From contig CBEVQO010000001.1 of assembly GCA_965552055.1 (NCBI GenBank), forward strand, positions 224,001 to 288,000: DNA of 64,000 nucleotides, read 5' to 3'. Every line of letters starts with the position of its first letter. Within the stretch, counting starts at the first letter, position 1. The notes below the pieces were generated by a model. The model saw only the letters and a list, made by a program, of their open reading frames with translations, was not told the origin of the DNA and did not search any database. The DNA comes from an uncultured bacterium. Lineage in GTDB: Bacteria > Hydrothermota > UBA3073 > NMUJ01 > CBEVQO01. Of this stretch, positions 10,056-20,688 are shown one piece after another. Made by a program: the position numbers and the translations under genes.

Positions 10056-11417
10056 ATGAAAGTAAATCCTTTCATTTTCAGGAGCTATGACATTAGGGGA
10101 GTAGCTGATGCCGACCTTACTGATGAGGTTTGTTATGCTATCGGCAGGGCTTATGGCACACTACTCAGGCGCGAAAACCTTAAAAAAATAACCCTAGGTA
10201 GAGATGTAAGATTATCATCTCCTCGCATACATGATGCACTGCTTAAAGGACTTCTTGATGCTGGACTCCATGTTATAGATGTAGGAATGGTGCCTACCCC
10301 CCTTCTTTACTTTTCTATCTTTCATCTTGATACCGATGGCGGAATACAGATAACAGGTAGCCATAATCCCGCAGAATACAATGGATTCAAAATATGCAAA
10401 GGAAAAGAAACGATGCATGGAGAAGAAATTCAGGAGTTAAGGAAAATCATTGAGCAAGAAAAATTTGTCAAAGGCAAAGGCAAAGTAGAAGAAAGGGATA
10501 TCGTTGAAGATTACATAACTGAGATTAAGCGAAGGATAAGGGTTAAGCGTGCACAAAAAGTTGTTATAGACCCTGGGAACGGCACATGCGGACCCATTGC
10601 CAAGCGTCTTTTCGAAGAATTTGGATGCGAAGTAGAATGCATGAACTGCGAGCCCGATGGAAATTTCCCTGCACATTTGCCCGACCCCACAATCGTCGAA
10701 TTTATAAAAGATTTGCAGAAAAGAGTGGTTGATGGTGGATTTGACTTTGGAATAGGATATGATGGTGATGGCGATAGAATAGGTGTCATTGATGACAAGG
10801 GGAATATCATCTGGGGTGATAGATTGCTTGCACTTTATTCGCGTAAAGTTTTAAAGGAAAATCCAGGTGCACCTATAATTTTCGAAGTGAAATGCTCTGA
10901 AGCCCTTGTTGAATATATACAGAAACTCGGAGGCAAACCTGTTATGTGGAAAACAGGGCATTCGTGGATAAAAGCGAAGATGAAAGAGTTAAATGCACCT
11001 CTTGCTGGCGAAATGTCAGGTCACATGTTTTTCGCAGATAATTACTATGGATTTGACGATGCCATATTTGCTTCGATGAGATTACTTGAAATCGTATCAC
11101 AGGAAGGAAAACCTTTATCCGAGCTTGTTTCGGAAATACCTTACTATCATTCAACTCCCGAAATAAGAATAGATTCATCTGATGAGAAAAAGTTTGAAAT
11201 AGTTGAAAGATTGAAAAAGTTGTATAAAGAAAAAGGTTTTGACACAATAGATATAGATGGTGTGAGAATAAAATTTCCATCTGGATGGGGGCTTGTGCGT
11301 GCATCAAACACTCAACCCGTACTTGTGCTGCGATTCGAAGGCAAAACAGAGGAAGATTTGAAAAAAATCAGAGAAGAAGTAGAGGGAAATCTCAAAAAAA
11401 TAATGCAAGAAATTTAA
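10056..11417 (+). CDS. Phosphomannomutase/phosphoglucomutase (AlgC/ManB family)
   Basis: FRSYDIRG, TGSHNP catalytic Ser, DGDGDR metal loop, GEMSGH, RASNTQP. Confidence 0.95.
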   Translation: MKVNPFIFRSYDIRGVADADLTDEVCYAIGRAYGTLLRRENLKKITLGRDVRLSSPRIHDALLKGLLDAGLHVIDVGMVPTPLLYFSIFHLDTDGGIQITGSHNPAEYNGFKICKGKETMHGEEIQELRKIIEQEKFVKGKGKVEERDIVEDYITEIKRRIRVKRAQKVVIDPGNGTCGPIAKRLFEEFGCEVECMNCEPDGNFPAHLPDPTIVEFIKDLQKRVVDGGFDFGIGYDGDGDRIGVIDDKGNIIWGDRLLALYSRKVLKENPGAPIIFEVKCSEALVEYIQKLGGKPVMWKTGHSWIKAKMKELNAPLAGEMSGHMFFADNYYGFDDAIFASMRLLEIVSQEGKPLSELVSEIPYYHSTPEIRIDSSDEKKFEIVERLKKLYKEKGFDTIDIDGVRIKFPSGWGLVRASNTQPVLVLRFEGKTEEDLKKIREEVEGNLKKIMQEI

Positions 11418-11444
11418 GGAGGTTGTAATAAGAGTGAGGCAGGC

Positions 11445-12206
11445 ATGAGAAAATTTACAGGACTTGTAGTATTTGCTTTTATAATTTCTCTCTTTATAAA
11501 ATGTGGAGCACCTGTTAAAATCTCTTTATCATGTGCTGATTCCGTGGTATCCGGTATTTGCACCGTCTGGGTTGATGTAACCTTCACAGAAGATGTGACC
11601 GATGCTTATTTTTATGTTGATAATCAAATTGCTGGACAAAAATCCGGCTATTACCTCGACTTTCCCCTTGCTTTCGAATGGAACACCATTTATTTTGCAG
11701 ACGGAGAACATTCATTAAAGGTTTCTGTAACATATTACACTGATGGAACAGAGGAAGAAAGATTTTCAAATGTTTTGAAAGTTACGACGAAAAACAGCCC
11801 AAAAATTGATTCAAATTTAATTGAAAATTCAAGTTTTGAGAATGGAGATATAGGATGGGATATATTCAATGCAAGGGTAATTTCACAAAATCCCCATTCA
11901 GGTAATAGATGTCTTTTCATTGAACCGGAAGAAGATGCAGAAGCTTATCAGGATAAGAAAATTCATGCAGAAAAATCACACAAATATTTGGTTTCTTTAT
12001 GGTATAAAGGCAACGGTGCAAAAGTATGTATATACTTTGAGACGGGAAGTCCCATAGAAAAATCCCTTTCCATAAGCGATACCTGGACTTTTTATGATTT
12101 TACATTTTCTCCATCAAAAGATGTAGATGTGATTTACAAATTTGGAATAGAAGGCTGGGGCGACACATGCTACATTGACGATATCCAGTTTAAAAGGATA
12201 AAGTAA
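11445..12206 (+). CDS. Lipoprotein with Ig-like and CBM_4_9-like domains
   Basis: Lipobox-like FIKC; WNTIYFADGEHSLKV (Ig-like); NLIENSSFENG...YIDDIQF (CBM4/9-like). Confidence 0.7.
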   Translation: MRKFTGLVVFAFIISLFIKCGAPVKISLSCADSVVSGICTVWVDVTFTEDVTDAYFYVDNQIAGQKSGYYLDFPLAFEWNTIYFADGEHSLKVSVTYYTDGTEEERFSNVLKVTTKNSPKIDSNLIENSSFENGDIGWDIFNARVISQNPHSGNRCLFIEPEEDAEAYQDKKIHAEKSHKYLVSLWYKGNGAKVCIYFETGSPIEKSLSISDTWTFYDFTFSPSKDVDVIYKFGIEGWGDTCYIDDIQFKRIK

Positions 12207-12234
12207 ATTTATACCCATTCTGCTGCATAAAAAT

Positions 12235-13128
12235 TTAATAAACTTCACCCCAGCCGTAGCCCACCATCCGCTTTGCACCTATACCCAACTCCTCTAACGC
12301 TTTTTTAACCAATAACGCCGCTTTTTCTAACAAATTATTATCATTTGATAAGAGAAATATTTTGAAAATAGAACCTTCTTCGACACAGAGAAAAGGAATA
12401 GGTACAGGTGTTTGCCAATCAGCAGGAGGCTCATTTGAAGAATAATACATAGGAAAATGTGGTGTCATTACATCAATACCTATTTTTAGATTTTCTGGAT
12501 AAGCATCTAAAAAAATGATTTTTCCTTCCTCTTTTTGTGTACCAAAGATTTGTTTGGCTTCTTTTGCGGTTATTCTTTTCCCTATATTTTCCTCTATCTT
12601 ATAATTTTCTATTTTCTTTTTTAATTCTTCGTTTCTCTTTAATTCTTCATTATCTTCTAAAAATTTTTTTATATTATTCACATCTTCTCGATTTTCAGTA
12701 GCAAATTCCAAAATAGTAAAATTCCTGGTAACCCCTTTTACTGCGCTTCCGGGCAAGTAGGGTATCCCGTAGATATGATGCAACAAAATCGAAGTCTCCT
12801 CAGGATGAGATGCCCCCAATCCTATTACCATCCTGGATTTCAGAACAAATTTTAATGACTTTTGTCTATAAGTTAACTTTCCTAATTTTTCAATAATTTC
12901 TTTTCGTTTTTTTATTAACGCCTCTTTTTTCTCATTCTTAAAATAAGTTTCTATATTCTCTTTAACTTTGTTAAGATGTTCCCTTTTCTGCTTTTTTCTC
13001 ACATCAAACATATATCTTGAAAACAGAAGCGAAGGATTTACATATTTTTTTGAATCATGCCATTTTTTTATAATTTCATTCTCTATAATTCTCGCCGTGT
13101 CTTTTGGAAGGGTAAATTTATTTGGCAT
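12235..13128 (-). CDS. cmr6: Type III-B RAMP Cmr6
   Basis: IGLGASHPEETS, GIPYLPGSAVKG, DVMTPHF, GIGAKRMVGYG; start 13128 overlaps the cmr5 stop (TAATG). Confidence 0.92.
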   Translation of the reverse strand: MPNKFTLPKDTARIIENEIIKKWHDSKKYVNPSLLFSRYMFDVRKKQKREHLNKVKENIETYFKNEKKEALIKKRKEIIEKLGKLTYRQKSLKFVLKSRMVIGLGASHPEETSILLHHIYGIPYLPGSAVKGVTRNFTILEFATENREDVNNIKKFLEDNEELKRNEELKKKIENYKIEENIGKRITAKEAKQIFGTQKEEGKIIFLDAYPENLKIGIDVMTPHFPMYYSSNEPPADWQTPVPIPFLCVEEGSIFKIFLLSNDNNLLEKAALLVKKALEELGIGAKRMVGYGWGEVY

Positions 13129-13529
13129 TATTCCTCCTTCTTTAGCATCCCTTCTGCGAATCTTTTTAACCACCAAAGAAATGCCATAATCTCGGATGTA
13201 ATAATTCTATATTCAGTAGAATCAGAGCTGATTATCCAATCTATTAATTCCTTATTATTGGGGCATTTTTTACTTATAGCTTGTTGTTTCATATATTCTG
13301 ATAGATGTTCATAAAGTCTCTTATAAACCCTTTTCTCGAGTGAATCTTCGCCTTTCTTTGAGCAAACAAAAGCAATAGCGTTACCGAGTCCGCAACTCAA
13401 AATTAAAGGAGGCAATTTTTCAACATAGCTCCTATATTTAGATTGAAAAGAAGCACTTTCTTTTGTGATTTCTTTAACTTTCTCGTATGCAAATTTTGCC
13501 CTCCCTTCTTCAATACCTTTTACACTCAT
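13128..13529 (-). CDS. cmr5: Type III-B small subunit Cmr5
   Basis: RAKFAY, YRSYVEKLPPLILSCGLGNAIAF, WLKRFAEGML. Confidence 0.92.
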   Translation of the reverse strand: MSVKGIEEGRAKFAYEKVKEITKESASFQSKYRSYVEKLPPLILSCGLGNAIAFVCSKKGEDSLEKRVYKRLYEHLSEYMKQQAISKKCPNNKELIDWIISSDSTEYRIITSEIMAFLWWLKRFAEGMLKKEE

Positions 13530-14533
13530 TTTCCCCCCTCTTTAAACCATTCAATCCTTACTATACCCTTTCCTATAGTTTGATTCCCTCCTATCTGTAA
13601 AATTTCGGGCATACCTTGCTTAATAAACTTTTCTATATTTTCAACTTCCTTTCCCGGCTCGCTCTCTCTTAGACATTCAAATTTCTCCTCCTTTTCTTTC
13701 TCTTCTTCTTTCTTTTTAGAAATCATTAAAGGTGAGTACAGTGCAATAGAATAAAGAATGGTATTTTCGGGTAAATATTCCTCATACCATGGCCCTTCTT
13801 CCACTGTGCCTTTTTCTGGCGAAACTTTTATTCTTGTGATTATTTCAGTAGATTCTTTAACAAAATGTTTAAACTCATCCCTATCGATTATAATAATATC
13901 TTTTTTCATTTTTTCTCTTATATATTGATAAGCTGTATTCGGGAATATTTGCTCTGAGAAAAACTCAGATAAACTTTTCACATCATCATTTTTATTCACA
14001 TTTAAAGTAAATTCTTCTAAAATTATTTTATTATCTTCTACCATTAAATCACATTCCGTGGAGACTGTGTTTTTTAGTAAATTCCAGTCCTTATTAAGCT
14101 CATCAGGGCAATTTCCTTTTATCACCTTCAAATCTTTTTTGAACCTCTCCAGCACATAGGGGCAAGTAATCCATGCAAAAATTCCCTTTAGTGATTTTAC
14201 GGGGAAAAACAAAATCCTTGCTTCTGTAAATGCTACTGCACTCGCATGATCAGGATTTTCCCAAGGTCCAAATATTAAATCTATGCACTTTTCCCAGTTT
14301 CCTTCATTTATGCAATTAAACTTTTCTTTTACTTTATTTAAGGGACTATTTGAACCTTTTAATTTCAAAAACGCCTCTCTAATAGCGCCCTTTAAAGTAG
14401 AGGACTCAATCTTCGGAAAATCTGTTGTCTTTTCTCTCTGAATAGGAAGGTCGACTACTCCGACTTCTGTCCCAGCTCCCGCATGCAAAGGCGTCTCCAC
14501 TATTATAAAGAAAATATCACCCTTTAAAAACAT
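13526..14533 (-). CDS. cmr4: Type III-B RAMP Cmr4 (target RNase)
   Basis: TPLHAGAG, VDLPIQRE (catalytic Asp), QIGGNQTIGKG; SD AGGAGG before ATG 14533. Confidence 0.95.
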   Translation of the reverse strand: MFLKGDIFFIIVETPLHAGAGTEVGVVDLPIQREKTTDFPKIESSTLKGAIREAFLKLKGSNSPLNKVKEKFNCINEGNWEKCIDLIFGPWENPDHASAVAFTEARILFFPVKSLKGIFAWITCPYVLERFKKDLKVIKGNCPDELNKDWNLLKNTVSTECDLMVEDNKIILEEFTLNVNKNDDVKSLSEFFSEQIFPNTAYQYIREKMKKDIIIIDRDEFKHFVKESTEIITRIKVSPEKGTVEEGPWYEEYLPENTILYSIALYSPLMISKKKEEEKEKEEKFECLRESEPGKEVENIEKFIKQGMPEILQIGGNQTIGKGIVRIEWFKEGGK

Positions 14534-14535
14534 CC

Positions 14536-15786
14536 TCACCTCCTTCTAATTCGAGGAAATTTAACTGCCTCAAAATCAAGTTTTCCTAATTTACTGCCAT
14601 ATTCTTTAACTTTTTGCGATGCGTTTTCGTAGCTTTCTTTATCTACAGGGATAAAACCGTGTGCCAAAATTGAATAGTTCCTCTTTTGCAATATCATTTT
14701 TATCTTCTTATCGTTACAAAATTCTGTGGCTATGTCTTCTCCTAAATCTTTAAGGAGCTCAAATAAATTCTGCAATCCTAATATAATCCTTCCATTTTTC
14801 TCGTATTTTTCATACTTTTTTATTATATTCGAAGGAATTTTGCTTTTGTCAATTTCAACTCTGCCATTTTGTTTATCGATTTTTAATATGGAGTGCTGAT
14901 AAGCCAATATCTGTGCAATGTATTCAAGAGCGCGATAGAGACGAGCCATGGCATCATCATATTTACCTTTATTTGCCCTTCTTTCAGCATTTTCCAATAA
15001 ATCTGCCAATCTCTCTATGCAAAAAGGTTCTTTTTTCTCTTTCTCCAAAACCGAAATATTTTTTTGGCGACGCTTTTTAATACCCCATTTATGTAAGATG
15101 TTTTCATCGATTTCCGATGAAGTTAGTTCCCTGTATGCTTTTTCAAAATCAAATCTATCCCATGCTGAGTAACCTTCGGCTAATTTTTTCAAAATCCTAA
15201 TTTCTTTCAATATTTCTTCTTCTTTTATGATTTCTTCCACTTCTTCGCATAATCTTTTACACTCCTCATAATTACATGAATTAAATGCTTCTTTCGCTTT
15301 TTCTAATAGTTCATCTGCATAAATTTTATTAGGTGTAAGTGTGTACATCCTTTCTGTGCCCGACTTTACTCTTCCATGTTCTTTATCTCTTTCTCCTGTT
15401 ACATATATAAGTGCATCTACTTTCTCTTTTATCCCAGCCCATACTGCACCTGCTGACATCGCTTTCGTACCACTTGTAAAATCAATCGTCACCGTATTAT
15501 AACCTTCTTTGTTTTTATTGATTATTTCCCTGATTTTTTCTGCTATTTTTTCTACATCATCTTCCTTTTCTAACTTTTCTTCTTTGTATTCATACTCATT
15601 TTCTATTTCTCGCACAATTTCTTCCAATTTTTTCTTGCTTTCCTCTGTTATCAAGAAAACGATGAAATCAGGGCTTGATTGACGAATTGAGTATACAATA
15701 CCATGTTCTATTCCCCTGCCCGTCCCTACAGTAATAAACATTATTTTTTTCTTTTTTACTTCATTTTTATTTTTCCCATTAGACAT
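14536..15786 (-). CDS. CARF-HEPN protein (TIGR02710/Csm6-like ribonuclease)
   Basis: ITVGTG and DFTSGTKAMS CARF motifs; YDDAMARLYRALE; RNYSILAHG HEPN motif. Confidence 0.85.
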   Translation of the reverse strand: MSNGKNKNEVKKKKIMFITVGTGRGIEHGIVYSIRQSSPDFIVFLITEESKKKLEEIVREIENEYEYKEEKLEKEDDVEKIAEKIREIINKNKEGYNTVTIDFTSGTKAMSAGAVWAGIKEKVDALIYVTGERDKEHGRVKSGTERMYTLTPNKIYADELLEKAKEAFNSCNYEECKRLCEEVEEIIKEEEILKEIRILKKLAEGYSAWDRFDFEKAYRELTSSEIDENILHKWGIKKRRQKNISVLEKEKKEPFCIERLADLLENAERRANKGKYDDAMARLYRALEYIAQILAYQHSILKIDKQNGRVEIDKSKIPSNIIKKYEKYEKNGRIILGLQNLFELLKDLGEDIATEFCNDKKIKMILQKRNYSILAHGFIPVDKESYENASQKVKEYGSKLGKLDFEAVKFPRIRRR

Positions 15787-16883
15787 AGCCCAAATCCTTC
15801 TTTTTCAAATTTGTCAGAAATGCATCTTAAATTTAACTCTTTCTTTATATCCGATATATTCCCTCTTTTTATTTTAAAGTATAATACGCTACCAGCAGGT
15901 ATTGCTTTATAAATTGCAGATGAATGCACTCGCCCTGCTTTCAAACGCAAACGCGGAACATTTATCGGCTTACCTATTACTCCTCCTATAAATTGAATTT
16001 CCATGCCTTTTTCTCTTAAACTTTTCATAAATCTCGATTCTTCAGAAGACCAGCCTTTTTCAAAAATTCCCGGAGTGATAAAATATAATTTAAAATATTC
16101 CTCATCGCCCTCAAATTGTACACATTCATCTAATTCTTTGAAAATATCTTTATCGATCACTTCGATCACTTTATAAAAACACGCTTTGGACTCTCCACCC
16201 AGTTTTAAAAATCCTTTATTATTCTCAAATTTTTCTAACCCCTCTATTTTTACCACATATTTTGTATTTTCCTTCAATCTTATGTATTCTATTCTGTAAA
16301 GCATGCCTTCTTTTGCTGTTAAAGTTTCAACATCTCTGGCTATGCCTATCTTCGGTTCTTTTTCATAAAATTCTTCTAATTTCTTTACATCAATTTCATC
16401 TCCTTCCAGGTTTAAATAATTTACTAAATTCTCTTTCGATATAAAACCCACAGGTTCTTTTATCCATTCTCTCCCCTTAAATACCCCCGTATATTTTTCC
16501 TTAATGCTTTCCTCTGTTTCAAACCATTTGCTTATTTTCTCTATTTCAGCAAAATAAAAAACCTTTTCTACTTTTTCTTTTTGATACAAATCTAAAGGAA
16601 CAGGGAAATAATAATCCTTTTCTTTCTTTATCACAGGACCTTTTATCTCCATTGTGCCGTATCCTCCTGGGTCACCTAAATCTTTATCAAATTTGAAACC
16701 CGGATTTTGAGCTGCTCTTAGACCTGCTCTTTGATTAATTATCGCCATTTTTATAGCACCATAGAAGGTTGAAGGGAGTGGCAAAATACTTTCACTCCAG
16801 TTAACATAAGAACCCCTCTCAAATCTCCTGCCAGAACCAAAGAAAAGAGTGTCAAAAGGCATTATCTCAATCACTATATCCAT
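15756..16883 (-). CDS. cmr3: Type III-B Cmr3
   Basis: PFDTLFFG, PLPSTFYGAI, KIGIARD, LGGESK, IPAGSVLYF, EGFG. Confidence 0.9.
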   Translation of the reverse strand: MDIVIEIMPFDTLFFGSGRRFERGSYVNWSESILPLPSTFYGAIKMAIINQRAGLRAAQNPGFKFDKDLGDPGGYGTMEIKGPVIKKEKDYYFPVPLDLYQKEKVEKVFYFAEIEKISKWFETEESIKEKYTGVFKGREWIKEPVGFISKENLVNYLNLEGDEIDVKKLEEFYEKEPKIGIARDVETLTAKEGMLYRIEYIRLKENTKYVVKIEGLEKFENNKGFLKLGGESKACFYKVIEVIDKDIFKELDECVQFEGDEEYFKLYFITPGIFEKGWSSEESRFMKSLREKGMEIQFIGGVIGKPINVPRLRLKAGRVHSSAIYKAIPAGSVLYFKIKRGNISDIKKELNLRCISDKFEKEGFGLCLMGKIKMK

Positions 16884-19494
16884 AGCTTCTCCTTTCAGCA
16901 ACCTCTACTATCACCCTCAATAAATTAATAAATTCTTCGAAATTTCTCATATAATCGTATAATTTAAACAATTCTTTAATTTTATTTTTATCCTCCTTCG
17001 CTTCTTCTTTCAAATGACGCTTCACCATTCGCTCTAATAAAGTTCCGAGCAACTCTTTATCTTTTATATCTTTTATCTGTTTCGTCTCCTCCGCAAGTTG
17101 ATAAATAAAGCGCTTCGATATTTCCCCTTCTTTAAATATCTCTGTCACATCTTTTATTATCTCCATAGCATCAAAATTTATTTTCGCTTTTTCTTCGTTT
17201 ATTTCTGTTTCTAAAAATTTAAACCTCGTTATTCTTATACTGCCCGAATGCTTCATTAGTGCAATAGCACATGCATTTTTCCCTTCTAACTCCTTAGCAT
17301 AATCGAGCATCTGTGTCGCTTGAGATATTACCAATTTTAAAGGTGTTTTATAATGAGCAATAACTGCACCGCATGACAGAGTGGATGTCGGACCCATGGT
17401 TAAAATAAGCTTCTCCTCTTTCTCATCTTCCACATATCCATCCGTTTCTTTTGTGAGTTCTATTTCTCCATTACCATTGATTTCACAGAAACCTGAAAAA
17501 GAAAGTCGCAACTTATGGATTACATCAAATAAATCCCTCAGATTTACAAATGCAAGCAGGTCATCGCCCCCGGCATAAACAACTTTGCCAAGGTGCTCCT
17601 TTTCAATTATCTTTATAACAAATTCAATTGCGAAATTTCTTAAAGCAGTAGAAATAGCAGAATGTATTGCTGGAGTTAGCAATCTTTTACCATTGCCAAT
17701 TTTCTTAAATGCCTCGGGATACTCCCAGCCAATTTCTCTAAATTGATTTAGTATATCCGGATGATACACCTTTAAAACATCGGGCAATTTCTCACCGGAA
17801 AGCCATTTTTTCATGTCATCTGCATCCATTTTTATAAGAGCATAATAAGGGGTTGGTAGCATTCCCGCTTTTTCACGCAAGTTTTTTAAACTTTCCCTTA
17901 ATCTTGTAATTTCCTCTTTCTTTACTTCTCTGCCTGTTTCTTCCTCTAATCTCCTATCATTCAAATTTTCCTCGTAAAAGAACTCCATATTAACGCAATT
18001 TTTCCCTTTTATCCTTGGAAGATACCTGTCCGTATCTGCTTTAACCCCCAATTTTTTAAGCTGTTGCACATAATTTTGAAATTCTGGTTTCCCTTCTACT
18101 TTTTCAATAAAATCAGCAGCGGCTACAGAAGCAGTAGAAGGAAAAGCAATTCCCTTATTTCTGGCGTAATTCCTCTTAAAATAGCATAGCCAGCATAATT
18201 CCTCGTCCCCCTCTGCTTTTCTTTCGCCACAAACTATGCAAGTTTTATTTTTATATGTATCTTCTTTTTGAAAATCAAAATTCCTCAATTGTTTCCTCAT
18301 TCCCATTCCTTTTTCAGCTGCGGTATAAAGGAGAGGATAAAGAACTCCGGTATTGGGTGGGAATTGTGCATTACTTAGTATCCAGTTCAGAAAAGTTTCC
18401 CAATCTTTAAGATAATCTTCATCGAATAAGCACGATAATTTTCCAATTTGATCATGGAGTTCTTTTATCTTTTCTTTTTCCTCTTTTTTAAAAGTTATTA
18501 ACTTTATTGGCAAAGCAATCCAATAAACTTCGGGATAATTTTTTAATTCAATCTCCCTTTCTACACATTTCTTAATTTCTTCTTTTAAAAAGTCCTCTAA
18601 CTTTTTCTCAATATTTTTTATTTCACTCAATCCATCTGATGGTATTAATGCAACGAATCTATTTGGAATCGTAGGAATATCCCAATACTCCCTCATTTCT
18701 GCTTCCTCTGCACGAATTACACCTCCTATTCCCTCTTCACGGCTATATAAATATCTCTCCATTAAAGGTTGATCTTTCAAATCCGGATAAATTATGCATT
18801 GGGGACCATATTTTTCAATTATAGGTTTCATTGCTTCAAAAGTTAACCTTGATATTAAATAACTGCTTGCGTAAAAGTCAATGGTTTTGCGTGATTGTTG
18901 AATAAAGGATTGTACAGGACCTATTGCTACTATCACTAAATACATTTCAGGACAAGTAAGAGCAGAAGTTGCCTTTAAATGATGCCATATACTATGGTCA
19001 GGAACCCTTGTATCAGCCGGTAAAACCTCCCAATATTCTTTCATATTTCCGCCTATTTCCCTCAACTTTTTCTCATAATACCACCACAGATATAAAAATG
19101 CAAAACGAGGGTCTTTTTGAGTTCCTATTATTCCTCTTATTTCTTGGACAATTTGATTTAAAGCATTTTGAAGTGTTTGTTGTAAATTTTGCAAATTAAC
19201 ATTACTTAAGAGAAGGCTTTTCTTAATACCCGAAAGAGGATGAACTATTATATATCTTTGCTGAAAATGTACAGCTGTATTTGGTGGCAATAATCCTCTT
19301 TCCATTGCAGAAGCAATTTGATCTTCACAGTCATACCTCAATTCAAAACCCTGTTGATGACCCGGTGGATTTTGCAAAAACTGTGCTAAATTTTGAAAAT
19401 ATTGAAATGCACGCTGCCTGTGGCCCGGTATCTGAAAACATTTATCTACAGGGTCATGCATATATTTTATTATGACTTCGTCAAAGAAGTCCAT
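16867..19494 (-). CDS. cmr2: Cas10/Cmr2 (type III-B)
   Basis: HDPVDK, PADTRVPDHSIWHH, IGPVQSFI, CxxC pairs, YAGGDD palm motif. Confidence 0.95.
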   Translation of the reverse strand: MDFFDEVIIKYMHDPVDKCFQIPGHRQRAFQYFQNLAQFLQNPPGHQQGFELRYDCEDQIASAMERGLLPPNTAVHFQQRYIIVHPLSGIKKSLLLSNVNLQNLQQTLQNALNQIVQEIRGIIGTQKDPRFAFLYLWWYYEKKLREIGGNMKEYWEVLPADTRVPDHSIWHHLKATSALTCPEMYLVIVAIGPVQSFIQQSRKTIDFYASSYLISRLTFEAMKPIIEKYGPQCIIYPDLKDQPLMERYLYSREEGIGGVIRAEEAEMREYWDIPTIPNRFVALIPSDGLSEIKNIEKKLEDFLKEEIKKCVEREIELKNYPEVYWIALPIKLITFKKEEKEKIKELHDQIGKLSCLFDEDYLKDWETFLNWILSNAQFPPNTGVLYPLLYTAAEKGMGMRKQLRNFDFQKEDTYKNKTCIVCGERKAEGDEELCWLCYFKRNYARNKGIAFPSTASVAAADFIEKVEGKPEFQNYVQQLKKLGVKADTDRYLPRIKGKNCVNMEFFYEENLNDRRLEEETGREVKKEEITRLRESLKNLREKAGMLPTPYYALIKMDADDMKKWLSGEKLPDVLKVYHPDILNQFREIGWEYPEAFKKIGNGKRLLTPAIHSAISTALRNFAIEFVIKIIEKEHLGKVVYAGGDDLLAFVNLRDLFDVIHKLRLSFSGFCEINGNGEIELTKETDGYVEDEKEEKLILTMGPTSTLSCGAVIAHYKTPLKLVISQATQMLDYAKELEGKNACAIALMKHSGSIRITRFKFLETEINEEKAKINFDAMEIIKDVTEIFKEGEISKRFIYQLAEETKQIKDIKDKELLGTLLERMVKRHLKEEAKEDKNKIKELFKLYDYMRNFEEFINLLRVIVEVAERRSYGYSD

Positions 19495-19504
19495 TAAGAC
19501 CCCC

Positions 19505-20386
19505 CTAACGCAACCTCCTTACAAAATTATTTAACTGGCTATAATTAACTCTTGGGTAATTACGAGGATACCTCGGTAATAGTTTCACAATTACTATATG
19601 GTGATCATCTCCGATACGCTTTATCGAGACCCAAACAGGTGAAGCCATACGAGGACTACCTGAACCAAGAGAGGGATCACGATAAGTACTCGAAGCTCCG
19701 CCAATATGTCTTAACAAATTATGCCAGTTACCTCTTCTGCCTATCAATACTTCTTCTATCACAGGAAAATTACATCCACATTTGTGGCTTTTTAATTTTT
19801 TATTTATTATCCTTCCGTCCTTAATTTCATAGCAATTCGGTGCTAATTTATTTAAAAGTTCCATTACAGCTTTTAAGAAATTTTGAGGAGTGTTAATACT
19901 TATAACATCATTTATAATTTTTCTATCTCCGTCTTTTATCCAAAGTGACCCAAATCCCCTCCTTGCGCGTTTCCCAAAACTTCCGAGCAAAACAGATATT
20001 TTAAATGCAGTCAAAATTTCGTCTTTATTTGTGGTATCATAAAATTCAAATTCAAGATTTATTGATTGTGTTGGCTTAAAACTTTCTAAAGAAACTCTTC
20101 TGTCTTCTCGGTGGGGGAGTAATGGATATCTTACTTTTTGCAATCCTTTGCCATTATTTATTACTTTTAATTTATATTTGGCACCTGCTTTAGTGCCCCC
20201 AAATATCTCTTCTTCTTTCTTTTTCATTCTATTAATATCTCCACAAAAATAACACCCCTTAGCAGCCCTCCACCAGTAGCGAATAAGACCTTTTATGGAA
20301 GGGGGACGGATTTCAGGTGTCCGTTGATCCGCCCCATACATGAATAGCGGAGTTATGGTTTCTAATTGAAAAGTCACCTTAATCAC
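19505..20386 (-). CDS. cmr1: Type III-B RAMP Cmr1
   Basis: ITPLFMYGA, IRPPSIKGLIRYWWRA, FGKRARRGFGS, RMASPV. Confidence 0.93.
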   Translation of the reverse strand: MIKVTFQLETITPLFMYGADQRTPEIRPPSIKGLIRYWWRAAKGCYFCGDINRMKKKEEEIFGGTKAGAKYKLKVINNGKGLQKVRYPLLPHREDRRVSLESFKPTQSINLEFEFYDTTNKDEILTAFKISVLLGSFGKRARRGFGSLWIKDGDRKIINDVISINTPQNFLKAVMELLNKLAPNCYEIKDGRIINKKLKSHKCGCNFPVIEEVLIGRRGNWHNLLRHIGGASSTYRDPSLGSGSPRMASPVWVSIKRIGDDHHIVIVKLLPRYPRNYPRVNYSQLNNFVRRLR

Positions 20387-20441
20387 ATTACCTCCTTTTT
20401 AAAGATTTTAACATATATATGATTATGTCAAGAGTTTTTAG

Positions 20442-20603
20442 AAAAAATTTTTTCTTGCCGATAATATTTTAAGGCTGCGAAAAGAGATAGAAAAAATAGT
20501 TGACAAAGAGCGAGATAGTGTTATAATATATGTGATGGATGAAAGCTCAAAAATCATAAAAGATGTTATCAGCGGTGAAGACAAAACCTCTAATATATTG
20601 TGA
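20442..20603 (+). pseudogene. cas2: 5'-truncated cas2 remnant
   Basis: Frame reads LADNILRLRKEIEKIVDKERDSVIIYVMDESSKIIKDVISGEDKTSNIL*, with a Cas2-type DSVIIY motif and C-terminal tail. In-frame TAG at 20439-20441 and no N-terminal half. Lies directly before the array leader. Confidence 0.7.
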
Positions 20604-20688
20604 GTTCTTTGAAAATAGAATCAGAGGTTTGACAAAAATTTTAATAAAAATAATTCGTAAATTAAAAAATAATAACAAATTTTTTGCG
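20500..20688 (+). promoter_or_regulatory. Array 1 promoter (TTGACA 20500-20505, TATAAT 20522-20527) and AT-rich leader
   Basis: Perfect hexamers with a 16 nt spacer; 20594-20688 is 83/95 identical to the array 3 leader. Confidence 0.75.
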
